Shown piece by piece: positions 10,421 to 20,564 of a stretch of DNA of 64,000 nt. The notes beneath the pieces were generated by a model that was given only the letters and a program-made list of their open reading frames with translations, was not told where the DNA came from and searched no databases. A program made the translations under genes and the position numbers. Positions within the stretch are counted from its first letter, which is position 1. Every line of letters begins with the position of its first letter. Source of the DNA: Nitrospiraceae bacterium (GTDB lineage: Bacteria; Nitrospirota; Nitrospiria; Nitrospirales; Nitrospiraceae); the NCBI GenBank assembly GCA_050246315.1, contig JBFWWG010000001.1, forward strand, positions 576,001 to 640,000. Direction: 5' to 3'.

Positions 10421-11041
10421 CTGCTTCTCGGCGCGATGGGTGTCGTGGTCGCACTGCTCGCCGGTTGCGGCTATCAGTTCGGCGTGGAGGGACCGGGACC
10501 GACCATCGGCGGTGCGGCCCAGCCTGCCGCTCAGACGAAGCCGGGCGAGCATGTGCCGCGACTCAGCATCGTCAATCTCCGCAATGGGACCTTCGAGCCC
10601 AATCTCGACATCAAGTATTCCAACTATCTCCGCCAGGAATTCGCGACCGGCAGCGGGGCCCAGGTGGTCGGTGGAACGGAGACGGCCGATTATGTGCTGA
10701 AGGGCACCATCCTCTCTGTCCTCATCCCGACGCTCAGTTTTACCCAAACCACGACCTTGGAAAGCCGCGTGGAGGCCATCGTCATGGTGCAGGCCGAGGA
10801 CGTGCGCAGTCACAAAGTCGTGTGGGTTCAGACCGCGAAAGGGGCCTCGGAATTCTTCATCACGACCGATCTGCAATTCAATCGCGTGTTGCAAAACCGC
10901 GCGGTCGAGCAGGCGGGCCGCATGGTGGCGGCGGATCTCTCGGCGCGCTTCCAACTCTTCATCGACGATGTGCGGGAAGGGAAGGTCAAGCCGACCGAGG
11001 CCCCGCCGGAGTTCATCCCGATGCTGCCCGGCGCCAAATAG
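10331..11041 (+). CDS. lptE: LPS-assembly lipoprotein LptE-like
   Basis: Lipobox LLAGCGYQF; position between leuS and holA; start uncertain (10283/10331/10436). Confidence 0.75.
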   Translation: MQAAESSSALSTRHPALAVDPAALSTEHSGLLLGAMGVVVALLAGCGYQFGVEGPGPTIGGAAQPAAQTKPGEHVPRLSIVNLRNGTFEPNLDIKYSNYLRQEFATGSGAQVVGGTETADYVLKGTILSVLIPTLSFTQTTTLESRVEAIVMVQAEDVRSHKVVWVQTAKGASEFFITTDLQFNRVLQNRAVEQAGRMVAADLSARFQLFIDDVREGKVKPTEAPPEFIPMLPGAK

Positions 11042-11095
11042 TCTGGACGGCGTGAGGTTTCCCATGACAGCCGCTGATGTGGAAACGTTGTCGCC

Positions 11096-12091
11096 ATGAT
11101 CGTGAAGGCCCTGACCCTCGCCCACTATCTCCAACGCGAACCGGTCCCGCCGCTCTGTCTGGTCGAGGGTGAGGAAGAGGAGCTCAGGCGAAACTCGGTC
11201 ACGGTGCTCAAGGACGAGCTCTTGGGTCCCGGCTCGGACGACGTCTTCAACAGTGCCCAATTCTATGCCGACGAGGACGGCGCCGGCAGCATCTTGACCG
11301 CCGCGCGGGAAATCCCGGTCTTCGCTCCCCGGCGAGTCGTTGTCGTCAAACAGGCCGACAAGATCACGGCTCGGGATCAGGACGCCTGGCTCGCCTACTT
11401 GACCGATCCCTGCGAAACGACCGCGCTGATCCTGACGGCGGAGAAGCTCGACAAGCGCTTGAGATGGACGCAGGCGTTGATGAAGCGCGCCTTGGTGGTG
11501 GATTGTGGTCCGTTGAAGGGGACGGCGCTCACGGAATGGATCAGCGGCGAGGCTGCGCGGGTGGATCTGACGATCACCGACGCCGGAATCGAGGTGCTCC
11601 GCGAATCAGCCGGGCACTCGCTGGCATTGATCAAACGGGATTTGGAAAAGCTGGCCTTGACCACGCCGGCCGGGACGGCGGCAGGAGCGGCGGAAGTGGA
11701 AGCGGCGCGCGGAATCGAGCCGGGCGCGTCGGTCTTCGATCTCACCACGGCCATCGGCGCGAAAGATTGCCGTAGGACGCTGGAAATCCTGGCGCGTAAT
11801 TTGGAGGCAGGGGAAGCACCGTTGCGGATCCTCGGCGCATTGGTCTGGCAATACCGGCGCCTCTGGAAGATGAAGGAGCTGTTCGCTCAGGGGAGGAGCG
11901 CCGGTGAAGTCTCTAGACCGCTTGGGATCGAGCCGTACCGGGTGAAGGGCTTTTTCGGCCGCTTCTCCGATCCGCACCTGCGGCGCGCCTTCGAGCTCTT
12001 TGCGGAGACGGATTCGAAACTGAAGGGCGGGAGCACCGGATCGGGAAGGCGCGTGATGGAAACCCTACTGCTCTCCCTCTGCCGAGAGTGA
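11096..12091 (+). CDS. holA: DNA polymerase III subunit delta
   Basis: P.FAPRRVVVV, LDKR, ELEKL-like (DLEKLAL), VFDLTTAI, D.KLKGG; leuS-lptE-holA synteny. Confidence 0.9.
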   Translation: MIVKALTLAHYLQREPVPPLCLVEGEEEELRRNSVTVLKDELLGPGSDDVFNSAQFYADEDGAGSILTAAREIPVFAPRRVVVVKQADKITARDQDAWLAYLTDPCETTALILTAEKLDKRLRWTQALMKRALVVDCGPLKGTALTEWISGEAARVDLTITDAGIEVLRESAGHSLALIKRDLEKLALTTPAGTAAGAAEVEAARGIEPGASVFDLTTAIGAKDCRRTLEILARNLEAGEAPLRILGALVWQYRRLWKMKELFAQGRSAGEVSRPLGIEPYRVKGFFGRFSDPHLRRAFELFAETDSKLKGGSTGSGRRVMETLLLSLCRE

Positions 12092-12168
12092 GGAAGAGTG
12101 GGACAGTCCGCAGGGGGGGGCTGATTGTCCAACTGGCAGGCTGCTAGGGGGCCATACTCAGAAACGCC

Positions 12169-12237
12169 GGCAGGATGTTCAAGAAGACCGCCCAGCGTGG
12201 CGAGAGCGACGCCGGCAGACTTTCTCAACCTCCTGCC
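12169..12237. repeat. Miniature element with IS-like inverted ends (GCAGGATGTT.AA...)
   Basis: ggcaggatgttcaagaa...tttctcaacctcctgcc; related half-ends at 41062-41096 (reverse) and 46411-46447. Confidence 0.55.
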
Positions 12238-12512
12238 TATTTGGAAGCAGTCAGTGCGTTGACGCGCAGCGTCAGGCGGGAAATGCGGCGGGAAGCCGTG
12301 TTCCGCTTGATGACGCCCTTGGCCGCAGCGCGGCCGATAACCGAACTGGCCTCGCGCAGCGCCGTTGCCGCTTCGTCCGCCTGCTTCTGTTCCACCGCGG
12401 CCAAGGTCTTCTTGATAAAGGCCTTGACCGTGTTGAGGGTCGTACGGTTCCGAGCGCGGCGGGTTTCCGCTTGCCGGGCGCGCCTGATCGTGGATGTGTG
12501 AACCTGTGGCAT
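12237..12512 (-). CDS. rpsT: 30S ribosomal protein S20
   Basis: RRARQAETRRARN...KGVIKRNTASRRISRL. Confidence 0.95.
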   Translation of the reverse strand: MPQVHTSTIRRARQAETRRARNRTTLNTVKAFIKKTLAAVEQKQADEAATALREASSVIGRAAAKGVIKRNTASRRISRLTLRVNALTASK

Positions 12513-12648
12513 CGTTCGATAACTCCTTTGAGAAAAAGAATTTCCCTTCTACCACAGCCTTGATTGAAGGGTCAAGAAAGGGTACCCTGCCGGCCTCACG
12601 AAACGCTGGCGGCATTCCCAAGACAACAGTGCGAGCGAACAGTCCATC

Positions 12649-13377
12649 ATGATGACTCACATGCACGTGCGCGATCGGCTCATCCTGGCGCTCGACGTCC
12701 CTTCGGCGGAAGCGGGCATCCGGCTGGTGGAGAAAATCGGCGAATCGATCTCGTTCGTGAAGGTCGGCCTCGAACTCTTCACGGCCGCCGGTCCGGAATT
12801 CGTCCACCGGCTTCGGCAACAGGGGAAGCGGGTGTTTCTCGATCTGAAGTTTCTCGATATCGAAGAAACCGTCCGGCGCGCGACCGCGCAGGTTGCCATG
12901 ATGGGGGTGGATTTTGTGACGGTCCACGCCAACCGCAAGGCCTTGACTGCCGCCGTGCGGGGGCGAAGCCAGGTGCCGAACTCCGCGCTGAAGATCCTGG
13001 CGGTGACCGTGCTGACCAATTACGACTCCCAGGACCTGCGCGAGATGGGCATCCAGAACAGCGTGGCGGAACTCGTCACAGCGCGTGCGGCGCTGGCGGC
13101 CGAGGTTGGTTGCGAGGGCGTGGTGGCGTCAGGGGAGGAGCCGCGGGCGATCCGCCAGCGTGTGGGTGATAAGTTAATGATCGTCACGCCCGGAATCCGG
13201 CCGGCGGGAGTCGAGACCGGCGACCATGCCAGGGCCACGACGCCGGGCCAGGCGATTGCGGCAGGATCGGATTACCTCGTGGTCGGCCGTCCGATTCGCG
13301 ATGCCTCCGATCCGAGGGCCGCAGCCGAAGCCATCCTCGCCGAAATGCAGCGGGCCTTCGACGCGCGGTGCACCTGA
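12649..13377 (+). CDS. pyrF: Orotidine-5'-phosphate decarboxylase
   Basis: LILALD, KVGLELF, FLDLKFLDI, VTPGIRP, VVGRPI. Confidence 0.96.
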   Translation: MMTHMHVRDRLILALDVPSAEAGIRLVEKIGESISFVKVGLELFTAAGPEFVHRLRQQGKRVFLDLKFLDIEETVRRATAQVAMMGVDFVTVHANRKALTAAVRGRSQVPNSALKILAVTVLTNYDSQDLREMGIQNSVAELVTARAALAAEVGCEGVVASGEEPRAIRQRVGDKLMIVTPGIRPAGVETGDHARATTPGQAIAAGSDYLVVGRPIRDASDPRAAAEAILAEMQRAFDARCT

Positions 13378-13559
13378 AAGAGTGCTGGGTTCTGAGTGCT
13401 GAGTAGAGACCATGAACGAAGACAAAGCTCATACTCTGTGCAAGACATGCTCTTCCGAAGGGCTCAGCACGTCCTGCGCTCGGTGGCTTGCGAGTCTCGC
13501 GCCAGTTTGTGTACGATAGCCGTTCACGTTAGGGCCTGTCACAGTAAGCACCTCGGGGT

Positions 13560-13637
13560 GGTGAGTGTAGCTCAGTTGGTTAGAGCGCCGGATTGTGGAT
13601 CCGGAGGTCGCGGGTTCGACACCCGTCACTCACCCCA
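13560..13637 (+). tRNA. tRNA-His (GUG)
   Basis: Acceptor gtgagtg/cactcac with G-1, D arm gctcagttggttagagc, anticodon stem ccgga-ttGTGga-tccgg, T loop ggttcgac, encoded CCA. Confidence 0.96.
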
Positions 13638-13999
13638 CTACATCGCCTCTTCTCTCTCCGCTCTTGTCGGTTCTCACGGTTGTTGCCCCGCTCACACTTG
13701 TTTGGGTATCGGGCTGTGACGCTGATGGATTGCCCATGCTCGGTTCCGCCATTCGAGTCGTGTCACGCCCATGTCCAACTGGACCTCGCCTGATCCGAAA
13801 CGATCGCCTCGGTGCGCTCATCCTTTAGGGAAGGTCTGATCAATTCAAAATTCTAGGCCGCGATCAGCCAGATTCCCCGTCTCTTGTACACCTAGCAATC
13901 GAAATTGGGAATTATTCAGACCTTCCTTAGGTTGAAACAACCTGCGTGCCCGGCCGGCAAGCGACTCGCCTTCGTTCGTCAGGCTTGGAATGTTGCAGG

Positions 14000-14433
14000 C
14001 TAACCCACAATGATTCATGAACGCTTCTGCCGCAATCGTGCATTCGCCGCTACGACAGGCTTTGACAGTGGAAGATATTTCTCCTCGGCGACAACGAGCA
14101 CGGAGGAATAGAAATACGGACAGGGGGGCTCTCCGCCGGCGCAGTCACGACAATACGATGAGTAGCCGGTGATTCAAGCGTAGCTTGGTATAGAGGGGCT
14201 CGACCCGACTAGCCGCCGGCTCACACGACGTGCGGTATGGCGGGCGTGCTCGCCTCTCAGTCTCTCAACGAACTGTTTCAAGTACCACTCGGTCCCTCGC
14301 GCCCGCGCCTGGGGGCGCCCATTGCTCCTCTCCACAGCAATGGGTCGAACGCATGGCGACTGCCGTGTACCCGGTGCTCTTCACGATGCAACGGGTGTGA
14401 CGCCACGAGCCGTCATGAATCATGCGGGCTCAG
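14000..14433. repeat. Long copy of repeat family B (MITE-like)
   Basis: Ends ctaacccacaatgattcatgaacgcttctgc ... ccgtcatgaatcatgcgggct; reverse complement aligns with 62495-62780 (shared tacttgaaacagt, ggcgagcacgcc, gcggcgaat). Confidence 0.75.
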
Positions 14434-14623
14434 TAAATCTCCAGCCGGCGCAAACCGGAGAAATCCTTTGATAAGGACTGATCCTCAGGCACAATCTTCC
14501 GGTAAGGATCGATTCTCAGGCACATTCCTCGCCCCACTCAGGCTGCTCCTAGGGGCGCTGCTGAAGACCTCTCTGCAACAGTTAAGGGTCCGATGAATCG
14601 GACGTTCGCAACTAGCGGAGGCG

Positions 14624-15040
14624 TTGAAGGCCATGGAGCGATTCTCAAAATTTGAGGTGTGGAAGCGGCCGTGTCGGCCTGGATATAGAAAAGCTTGGCT
14701 TGCGAGTCTCGGGGCTGGGCTCTGTTGTCTAGCCACTTGGCCGACCTGGGCCGCGTTTCCAGATGATCTAACCGCCTGTACCGTCCAAGGCTATGTGTAC
14801 CACAAGGACGGGCAGTTGACCTTTACCCGCGTCGATCATTGTACGGGGGTGCGTGCCGAGGTGATGGACAATGCGCTGCTCCTGAGTTCGCTCCGCCGGC
14901 AGGTGGCGGTGGTGCCGCCCGTGACCCGACGGCAAAGCACGTTTTGGTATCATTGGGGGCGGGGCGAGGCGCATGTCTCGACCGAGACGATCCCAGCCGC
15001 CTCCTGGCCAATCATGAAGTCGACCAGGCTGTCACCCTGA
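14624..15040 (+). CDS. Hypothetical protein, possibly exported
   Basis: 138-aa ORF with a signal-like segment ending TWAA; no recognised family. Confidence 0.35.
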   Translation: MKAMERFSKFEVWKRPCRPGYRKAWLASLGAGLCCLATWPTWAAFPDDLTACTVQGYVYHKDGQLTFTRVDHCTGVRAEVMDNALLLSSLRRQVAVVPPVTRRQSTFWYHWGRGEAHVSTETIPAASWPIMKSTRLSP

Positions 15041-15402
15041 ACCATCCTCGACTTGACGGTACAGACCGTCTCGTTCACCGTCCCGAACCGGACCCAGTGC
15101 ATCAACGGGGTCTTTCCCGCAAAATCCGCATTCCTCAATAATCCTATCAGTCCCTATTGATTGTCGTCTCCCCAAGGGTCTACGGTGGGGTTCCTACCGG
15201 GAGGTGCCTGCACCCCATCGGACGATCGGGGGACCACCTGCCTCAATTTCAACAACCACCGGACGTGCACGGGCAATCGAGCCGGGTCCACGATCTTTAC
15301 AAACTGCCGGTCGTTGATCGCGAGGAGGGGCCTGCCTATGGCACGGTCGAATCATGCACCAAGGATGCGCCAGCCAGTGGAGTGGCCGTCGTCCACCGCC
15401 AC

Positions 15403-15540
15403 TTGCATGCTGCGGAACAACCCTCTGTTCATCCTTCGAGGGCCTCAGGACGAACGGAGCGGTCATTGAATAGACTGGTGTTTTCGGATCGTGCTGAGCC
15501 TGTCGATGCACACCACTCGAGTTTTTCCTCAACCTGCTAG
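15403..15540. mobile_element. MITE family A copy 1 (~138 bp)
   Basis: Aligns with 17124-17261 and 33144-33282; TIR-like ends (C)TAGCAGG.TGCGGAAAA / TTTTTCC.CA.CCTGCTAG; internal ttcatccttcgagggcctcaggacgaacgga. Confidence 0.8.
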
Positions 15541-15615
15541 ATCTGATGACAACCGAAGACTGGTGCGCCGGAGCAGAGGTGAGGTAGGCCGCAAAAAGAT
15601 CACGAGAGACGCGCG

Positions 15616-16818
15616 GTGAACACCTATCTGCACCTGCCGGACATCGTATTGGCCATCACGTTGCTGCTCGCGATCAGCGCCGTGGTGATTCCCCTCGCCC
15701 GTCAGCTTGGAATCGGACCGGAACTGGGCCTGTTGTTGTCGGGGGTCATTCTTGGATCATCGCATGTGCTCGGCCAGACTCAGGTCGAACGGCTACGAGA
15801 AGTCTCAGAACTCGGGGTGGTCTTCTTTCTCTTCGTCATCGGACTTGAGCTCGACCTCCGGAAGGCCTGGTCATTACGGCGCTATGCCCTCGGTCTGGGA
15901 CCGGTGCAAGTCCTGGCGACCGGACTGGTGCTGATGGTCTACTGGAGCCTGTTTGCCCCATCCTGGTCGCTGGCCCTGCTCATCGGACTGGTGTTGTCGA
16001 ACTCCTCGACGGCCCTGGTCTTCCAAATACTGGAGAGGAAACACGAACTCGATCAGGAACATGGGCAAGCGGCGTTCGCGGTCCTCTTGTTTCAAGACTT
16101 GACCGTCGTGCCGATCATTGCGCTGGTTCCGGTCTTTGCCGGGACGGGATCGGCTGAGCCGCACGCGTGGTGGAAGGTGCTGCCGGCCCTCGGCCTGATG
16201 GCCATCGTCTTCGTCATCGGCCGCCGAGTCTGGCCTGTGCTCTTTCGCCTATCGAGCTCACACGGCCTGAAGGAAACGTTTACGGCGGTGCTGTTTGTCG
16301 GCGTGCTGGGTAGTGCCTGGTTGGCGTCGCACGTCGGACTCTCAATGGCGGTGGGGGCCTTCCTCATGGGAGTGGCGCTGTCGAGCACCGAGCACCGAGA
16401 GCAGCTTAGGCAAGAAGTCATGCCGTTCAAGAATCTCTTGCTGGGACTCTTCTTTGTGTCGATGGGTCTCAGTATAGACGTGAGCGTCTTGAGCGGACAC
16501 ACAACCAGAATACTGATACACGTCCTGGCGATCGTCACGATAAAAATAGCCGTGCTCTATCTCGCGGCTCGAGCCTTCAAGATGGGACATGGTCCTGCCG
16601 CACGTATCTCTTTCCTCCTCGCACAAGCCGGTGAATTCGGCTTTGTGATCTTGGGCACGCTGCTGGCCTCCGGCGTGATGACGGCCACCCAGTTTGCCAA
16701 CGGAATCATGGTCATCGCCCTGACGACCATTATGACGTCGTGGCTTGATTATCTTGGTGTGCAGTGGAGTCGCTGGGAGCCATCGACGACCAACAAGCGG
16801 ACCGGGGCGTCCACATGA
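15616..16818 (+). CDS. CPA2-family cation:proton antiporter (Kef-like membrane domain, no KTN domain)
   Basis: ELGVVFFLFVIGLEL, VLLFQDL, LLGLFFVSMG, LAQAGEFGFV. Confidence 0.88.
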   Translation: MNTYLHLPDIVLAITLLLAISAVVIPLARQLGIGPELGLLLSGVILGSSHVLGQTQVERLREVSELGVVFFLFVIGLELDLRKAWSLRRYALGLGPVQVLATGLVLMVYWSLFAPSWSLALLIGLVLSNSSTALVFQILERKHELDQEHGQAAFAVLLFQDLTVVPIIALVPVFAGTGSAEPHAWWKVLPALGLMAIVFVIGRRVWPVLFRLSSSHGLKETFTAVLFVGVLGSAWLASHVGLSMAVGAFLMGVALSSTEHREQLRQEVMPFKNLLLGLFFVSMGLSIDVSVLSGHTTRILIHVLAIVTIKIAVLYLAARAFKMGHGPAARISFLLAQAGEFGFVILGTLLASGVMTATQFANGIMVIALTTIMTSWLDYLGVQWSRWEPSTTNKRTGAST

Positions 16819-17123
16819 ACTGCGCTGGGAGCAGTGATGGAGGTAAACATGTCTTGTGGACAGGCTGTTGCCAGATGCAGGAGCTGTTCTCACCGGTCAA
16901 TTTTTCCACTTCCCTACCGGATGGGAAACCAGGTAATCTGGCACTCTGCACGGTTTCCTTAACCCGCAGAAACCACCTGCATGGTGAGAAGCCTTGGGTA
17001 CGCTCACGCTCCGAGAGGAGAGGTGCGATGAGGGACGCGGATATTGCTGACAACGGGGATTCCCGCATAGTGTGAGCGATGGTGTCCCGCTGCATGTCAT
17101 CGCGATAGTCTGCGATGACATAA

Positions 17124-17261
17124 CTAGCAGGATGCGGAAAATCCCTCCGTTCATCCTTCGAGGGCCTCAGGACGAACGGAGCGGTCATTGAATAGACCGG
17201 TGTTTTCCGATCGTGCTAAGCCCGTCGAAGCACACACATCGAGTTTTCCGTAGTCTGCTGG
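17124..17261. mobile_element. MITE family A copy 2
   Basis: ctagcaggatgcggaaaa ... ttttccgtagtctgctgg; same orientation as copy 1. Confidence 0.8.
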
Positions 17262-17294
17262 ACTACATGGCCTCGAGCAGAAAGGGAGCATGAT

Positions 17295-19583
17295 ATGAAG
17301 ATGCAGACGCCGACGGACGAGTGCACGCTGCCAGAATTGTGGAGCGACCTCTACCAAACGTGGGCGCGGAGTGTCTCCGCCACCTGGAAGCTCCCTGACA
17401 TATCCGACCCGCAGCCGGCCGAGCCCTCGGCATCGACAATTCAACTGCCCTGGCAGGCTGCCTTGGACTACTGGGTGGACGCCTGGCAGCGCACCATCCT
17501 GTTCTGGGATGTGCTGCGCCAGCGCAGCGACCAATACGACGCACAGAAGGCAAAAGCGGTCCCGCACGTGCTCACGTTCGACTCCGAACTGGTCCTGGAC
17601 GGTCGGACTTTCGATCGACCGGTCAACTATGGGCTGGTCAGGATCAAGCCGCCGGAAGGGGTGACCGTCGGCCAGAAAAAACGTCCATTCGTGGTGGTGG
17701 ACCCGCGCGCCGGGCACGGGCCCGGCATTGGCGGCTTCAAAGCCGACAGCGAACTCGGCGTCGCAATGCGCGCCGGTCATCCCTGCTACTTCGTGGGCTT
17801 CTCCCCCGACCCGATGCCCGGACAGACCATCGAAGACATCATGCTGGCCGAGGCGCGGTTTCTGGAAAAGGTCATTGCACTTCACCCTGACGCCGAGGGC
17901 AAGCCCTGCGTGATCGGCAACTGCCAGGCCGGCTGGGCGGTCATGATGTTGGCCGCGATTCGCCCGGACCTGTTCGGGCCGATCATCATCGCCGGCTCGC
18001 CGCTGTCCTATTGGGCCGGGATCGAAGGCCAGCACCCGATGCGATACACCAGCGGGCTCCTCGGCGGAAGCTGGCTGACCGCGCTGACCAGCGATCTCGC
18101 GGCCGGCAAGTTCGACGGCGCCAATCTGGTCGTCAATTTCGAGAATCTGAATCCCGCCAACACCCTCTGGACCAAGAACTACAACGTGTGGGCCAAGGTC
18201 GATACCGAGGGGGCGCGCTTTTTGGAATTCGAGAAATGGTGGGGCGGCCATGTCAACCTCGGTGCTGAGGAAATGCAATGGATCGTCGATCAACTGTTCA
18301 TCGGTAACCGGCTGGCCACGGCTGAAATCGTCACCGGGGACGGGGTACGGATCGACCTGCGGAACATCCGCTCGCCCATCGTCTGCTTCTGCTCCAAGGG
18401 GGACAACATCACTCCGCCGCCGCAGGCCCTCGGATGGATCTGCGACCTCTATCAGAAGGATGAAGATCTCCTCGCCCAGGGGCAGACCATCGTGTATGCC
18501 ATCCACGAGAGCGTCGGCCATCTCGGTATCTTTGTCTCCGGAGGAGTGGCCCGCAAGGAGCATGACGAATTCGCTTCCAACATCGATCTGATCGACGTGC
18601 TGCCGCCCGGTCTCTACGAAGCGGTGATGACACGCAAGAGCGCCGACGCGGTCCATCCGGAACTGGTCAGCCACGACTGGATCGTCCGGTTCGAACGGCG
18701 CACTCTCCATGACGTTCGAGCCATCGTCCAACCCGATCCCGAGAACGAGCGCCGGTTTGCGACCGTGCGGCGCGTGTCGGAGATCAATCTCGGGTTGTAT
18801 CGCACCCTGCTGCAACCATTCGTTCGGGCGTTTGCCAGCAAGCAAGGCGCTGAATGGCTCCATACGCTCCATCCTTCCGAGCTGCCCTTCGAGCTCTTCT
18901 CGGACCGCAACCCGCTGATGCGGCACGTCGCCCAGCTTGCCGAGCAGGTGCGCCAACAGCGCCGGCCGGTCCCGCCGGACAACCCGCTGCTCCAGATGCA
19001 GGCCGTGGTTTCGGAGGGGATCATTGCGGCGCTCGACGGCTGGCGTGATCTGCGCGATCGCACATTCGAGCACATGTTCCTGGCGATCTATAGTATGCCG
19101 CTGCTCCAAGCCCTGGTGGGGCTGAGCGCCTCGGATGAGAGTCCCCGCCGGCAGCCGGGAATCGAACCGGAGCGGATGGCCTTCATCCAACGGCGAATCG
19201 CCGAACTCAAGGCCCGGATTGCCGAAGGCGGGATGCGAGAAGCGGCGATCCGCAGCCTGGTCTACATCGGCATGGCGGGACCGGGGGTGGACGAGCGCGC
19301 GTTCAACCAATTGCGTCAGATGCGTGCGAAACACGGCGGCCTGACGCTGGAGGAGTTCAAGCACCTGCTGCGCGAACAGTTCCTTGCCTTGCTGCTCGAT
19401 CCGGACGGCGCGCTCGCCGCGATTCCGAAGATGCTCCCCGACGACGCCCGGGCAAAGGCGCTGACGGCGATCCGGGCGGTCGTCTCGTCCACCGGTGAAG
19501 TGCGTGGTGAACGGGCGGCGCGGCTGGCACGGATCGAGGCGATGCTGGGAGAGCCGGCCCTGGCGGCTCAGTCGGAAGCATAG
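17295..19583 (+). CDS. DUF3141-type alpha/beta-hydrolase-fold protein (PHA synthase/depolymerase-like)
   Basis: DPRAGHGPGIGGFK, GNCQAGW Cys box, GDNITPP, GHLGIFVS. Confidence 0.85.
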   Translation: MKMQTPTDECTLPELWSDLYQTWARSVSATWKLPDISDPQPAEPSASTIQLPWQAALDYWVDAWQRTILFWDVLRQRSDQYDAQKAKAVPHVLTFDSELVLDGRTFDRPVNYGLVRIKPPEGVTVGQKKRPFVVVDPRAGHGPGIGGFKADSELGVAMRAGHPCYFVGFSPDPMPGQTIEDIMLAEARFLEKVIALHPDAEGKPCVIGNCQAGWAVMMLAAIRPDLFGPIIIAGSPLSYWAGIEGQHPMRYTSGLLGGSWLTALTSDLAAGKFDGANLVVNFENLNPANTLWTKNYNVWAKVDTEGARFLEFEKWWGGHVNLGAEEMQWIVDQLFIGNRLATAEIVTGDGVRIDLRNIRSPIVCFCSKGDNITPPPQALGWICDLYQKDEDLLAQGQTIVYAIHESVGHLGIFVSGGVARKEHDEFASNIDLIDVLPPGLYEAVMTRKSADAVHPELVSHDWIVRFERRTLHDVRAIVQPDPENERRFATVRRVSEINLGLYRTLLQPFVRAFASKQGAEWLHTLHPSELPFELFSDRNPLMRHVAQLAEQVRQQRRPVPPDNPLLQMQAVVSEGIIAALDGWRDLRDRTFEHMFLAIYSMPLLQALVGLSASDESPRRQPGIEPERMAFIQRRIAELKARIAEGGMREAAIRSLVYIGMAGPGVDERAFNQLRQMRAKHGGLTLEEFKHLLREQFLALLLDPDGALAAIPKMLPDDARAKALTAIRAVVSSTGEVRGERAARLARIEAMLGEPALAAQSEA

Positions 19584-19592
19584 GAGGCATTC

Positions 19593-20561
19593 ATGGCGAA
19601 CGGAACGATGGAAAACACAGAGCACCGGGGCACCGGCAAGTATGAAGCGCTGTTGGCCCGCTGTAAGGAGTTGAAGGCGGTCCCGACGGCGGTGGCCCAT
19701 CCATGCGATGACGCCTCGCTCGAGGCCGTGGTCGAGGCGGCCCAGGCCGGGATCATTCGTCCGATTCTCGTGGGACCGGCCGAAAAGATTCGCCGGGCGG
19801 CGAAGGAGTCAAAGCTCGACATCGCGCCTTACGAGATTGTCGATGTCCCCCATAGCCATGCCGCTGCGGCGGCGGCGGTCGAGCTGATCCGGTCGGGCCG
19901 GGCGCAACTCCTGATGAAGGGGAGCCTTCACACCGACGAACTGATGGGCGAGGTGGTCAAGCGCGAGACGGGTCTGAGGACGGCGCGACGAATCAGCCAT
20001 GTCTTCGTGATGGACGTTCCCACCTACCATAAAGTGTTTGCCGTCACCGATGCCGCCATCAACATCTTCCCCAGCCTCGAGGACAAGGTGGATATCCTGC
20101 AGAACGCCATCGATTTCTTCGTGGCGCTGGGCCGGAAACAACCCAAGGTGGCCATCCTCTCGGCCGTGGAGACCGTCAATCCGAAGATCCCGTCCACGAT
20201 TGACGCGGCGGCCCTCTGCAAGATGGCCGAGCGGGGACAGATCCACGGCGGGATCGTGGATGGACCGCTGGCGTTCGACAATGCCGTCAGCGCCGAGGCG
20301 GCCCGAATCAAGAAGATCGACTCCCCGGTAGCCGGCGATCCCGACATCATGCTGGTACCGGACCTCGAGGCCGGGAACATGCTGGTGAAGAACCTGACGT
20401 TTCTTTCGCGGGCCGACGGCGCCGCCCTGGTGCTCGGGGCCCGGGCACCCATCATCCTCACCAGCCGGGCCGATAACCAGCGGACCCGGATGGCGTCGTG
20501 CGCGTTGGCCGCGCTCTACGTGAACGCGCGGGCCGCGAAGGCTGGAGTGGGAGAAGGGTAG
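19593..20561 (+). CDS. pta: Phosphate acetyl/butyryltransferase
   Basis: LMKGSLHTDEL, TDAAINI, DGPLAFDNA, DLEAGNML, LTSRAD. Confidence 0.9.
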   Translation: MANGTMENTEHRGTGKYEALLARCKELKAVPTAVAHPCDDASLEAVVEAAQAGIIRPILVGPAEKIRRAAKESKLDIAPYEIVDVPHSHAAAAAAVELIRSGRAQLLMKGSLHTDELMGEVVKRETGLRTARRISHVFVMDVPTYHKVFAVTDAAINIFPSLEDKVDILQNAIDFFVALGRKQPKVAILSAVETVNPKIPSTIDAAALCKMAERGQIHGGIVDGPLAFDNAVSAEAARIKKIDSPVAGDPDIMLVPDLEAGNMLVKNLTFLSRADGAALVLGARAPIILTSRADNQRTRMASCALAALYVNARAAKAGVGEG

Positions 20562-20564
20562 GCC

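Noticed and set aside
12100..12131. G8-loop hairpin between convergent holA and rpsT as a phase-variable site
   Set aside because: It lies downstream of both genes; more likely a terminator-like stem and not well supported
15157..15540. Small ORFs overlapping MITE-A (also 16730-17188 and 33136-33512)
   Set aside because: Shared peptides such as PSVHPSR and SVRPEALEG are just translations of the repeat; 15161-15320 may be a gene fragment but is unsupported
17151..19700. 849-aa minus-strand ORF
   Set aside because: Antisense shadow of the DUF3141 gene in high-GC DNA; no motifs
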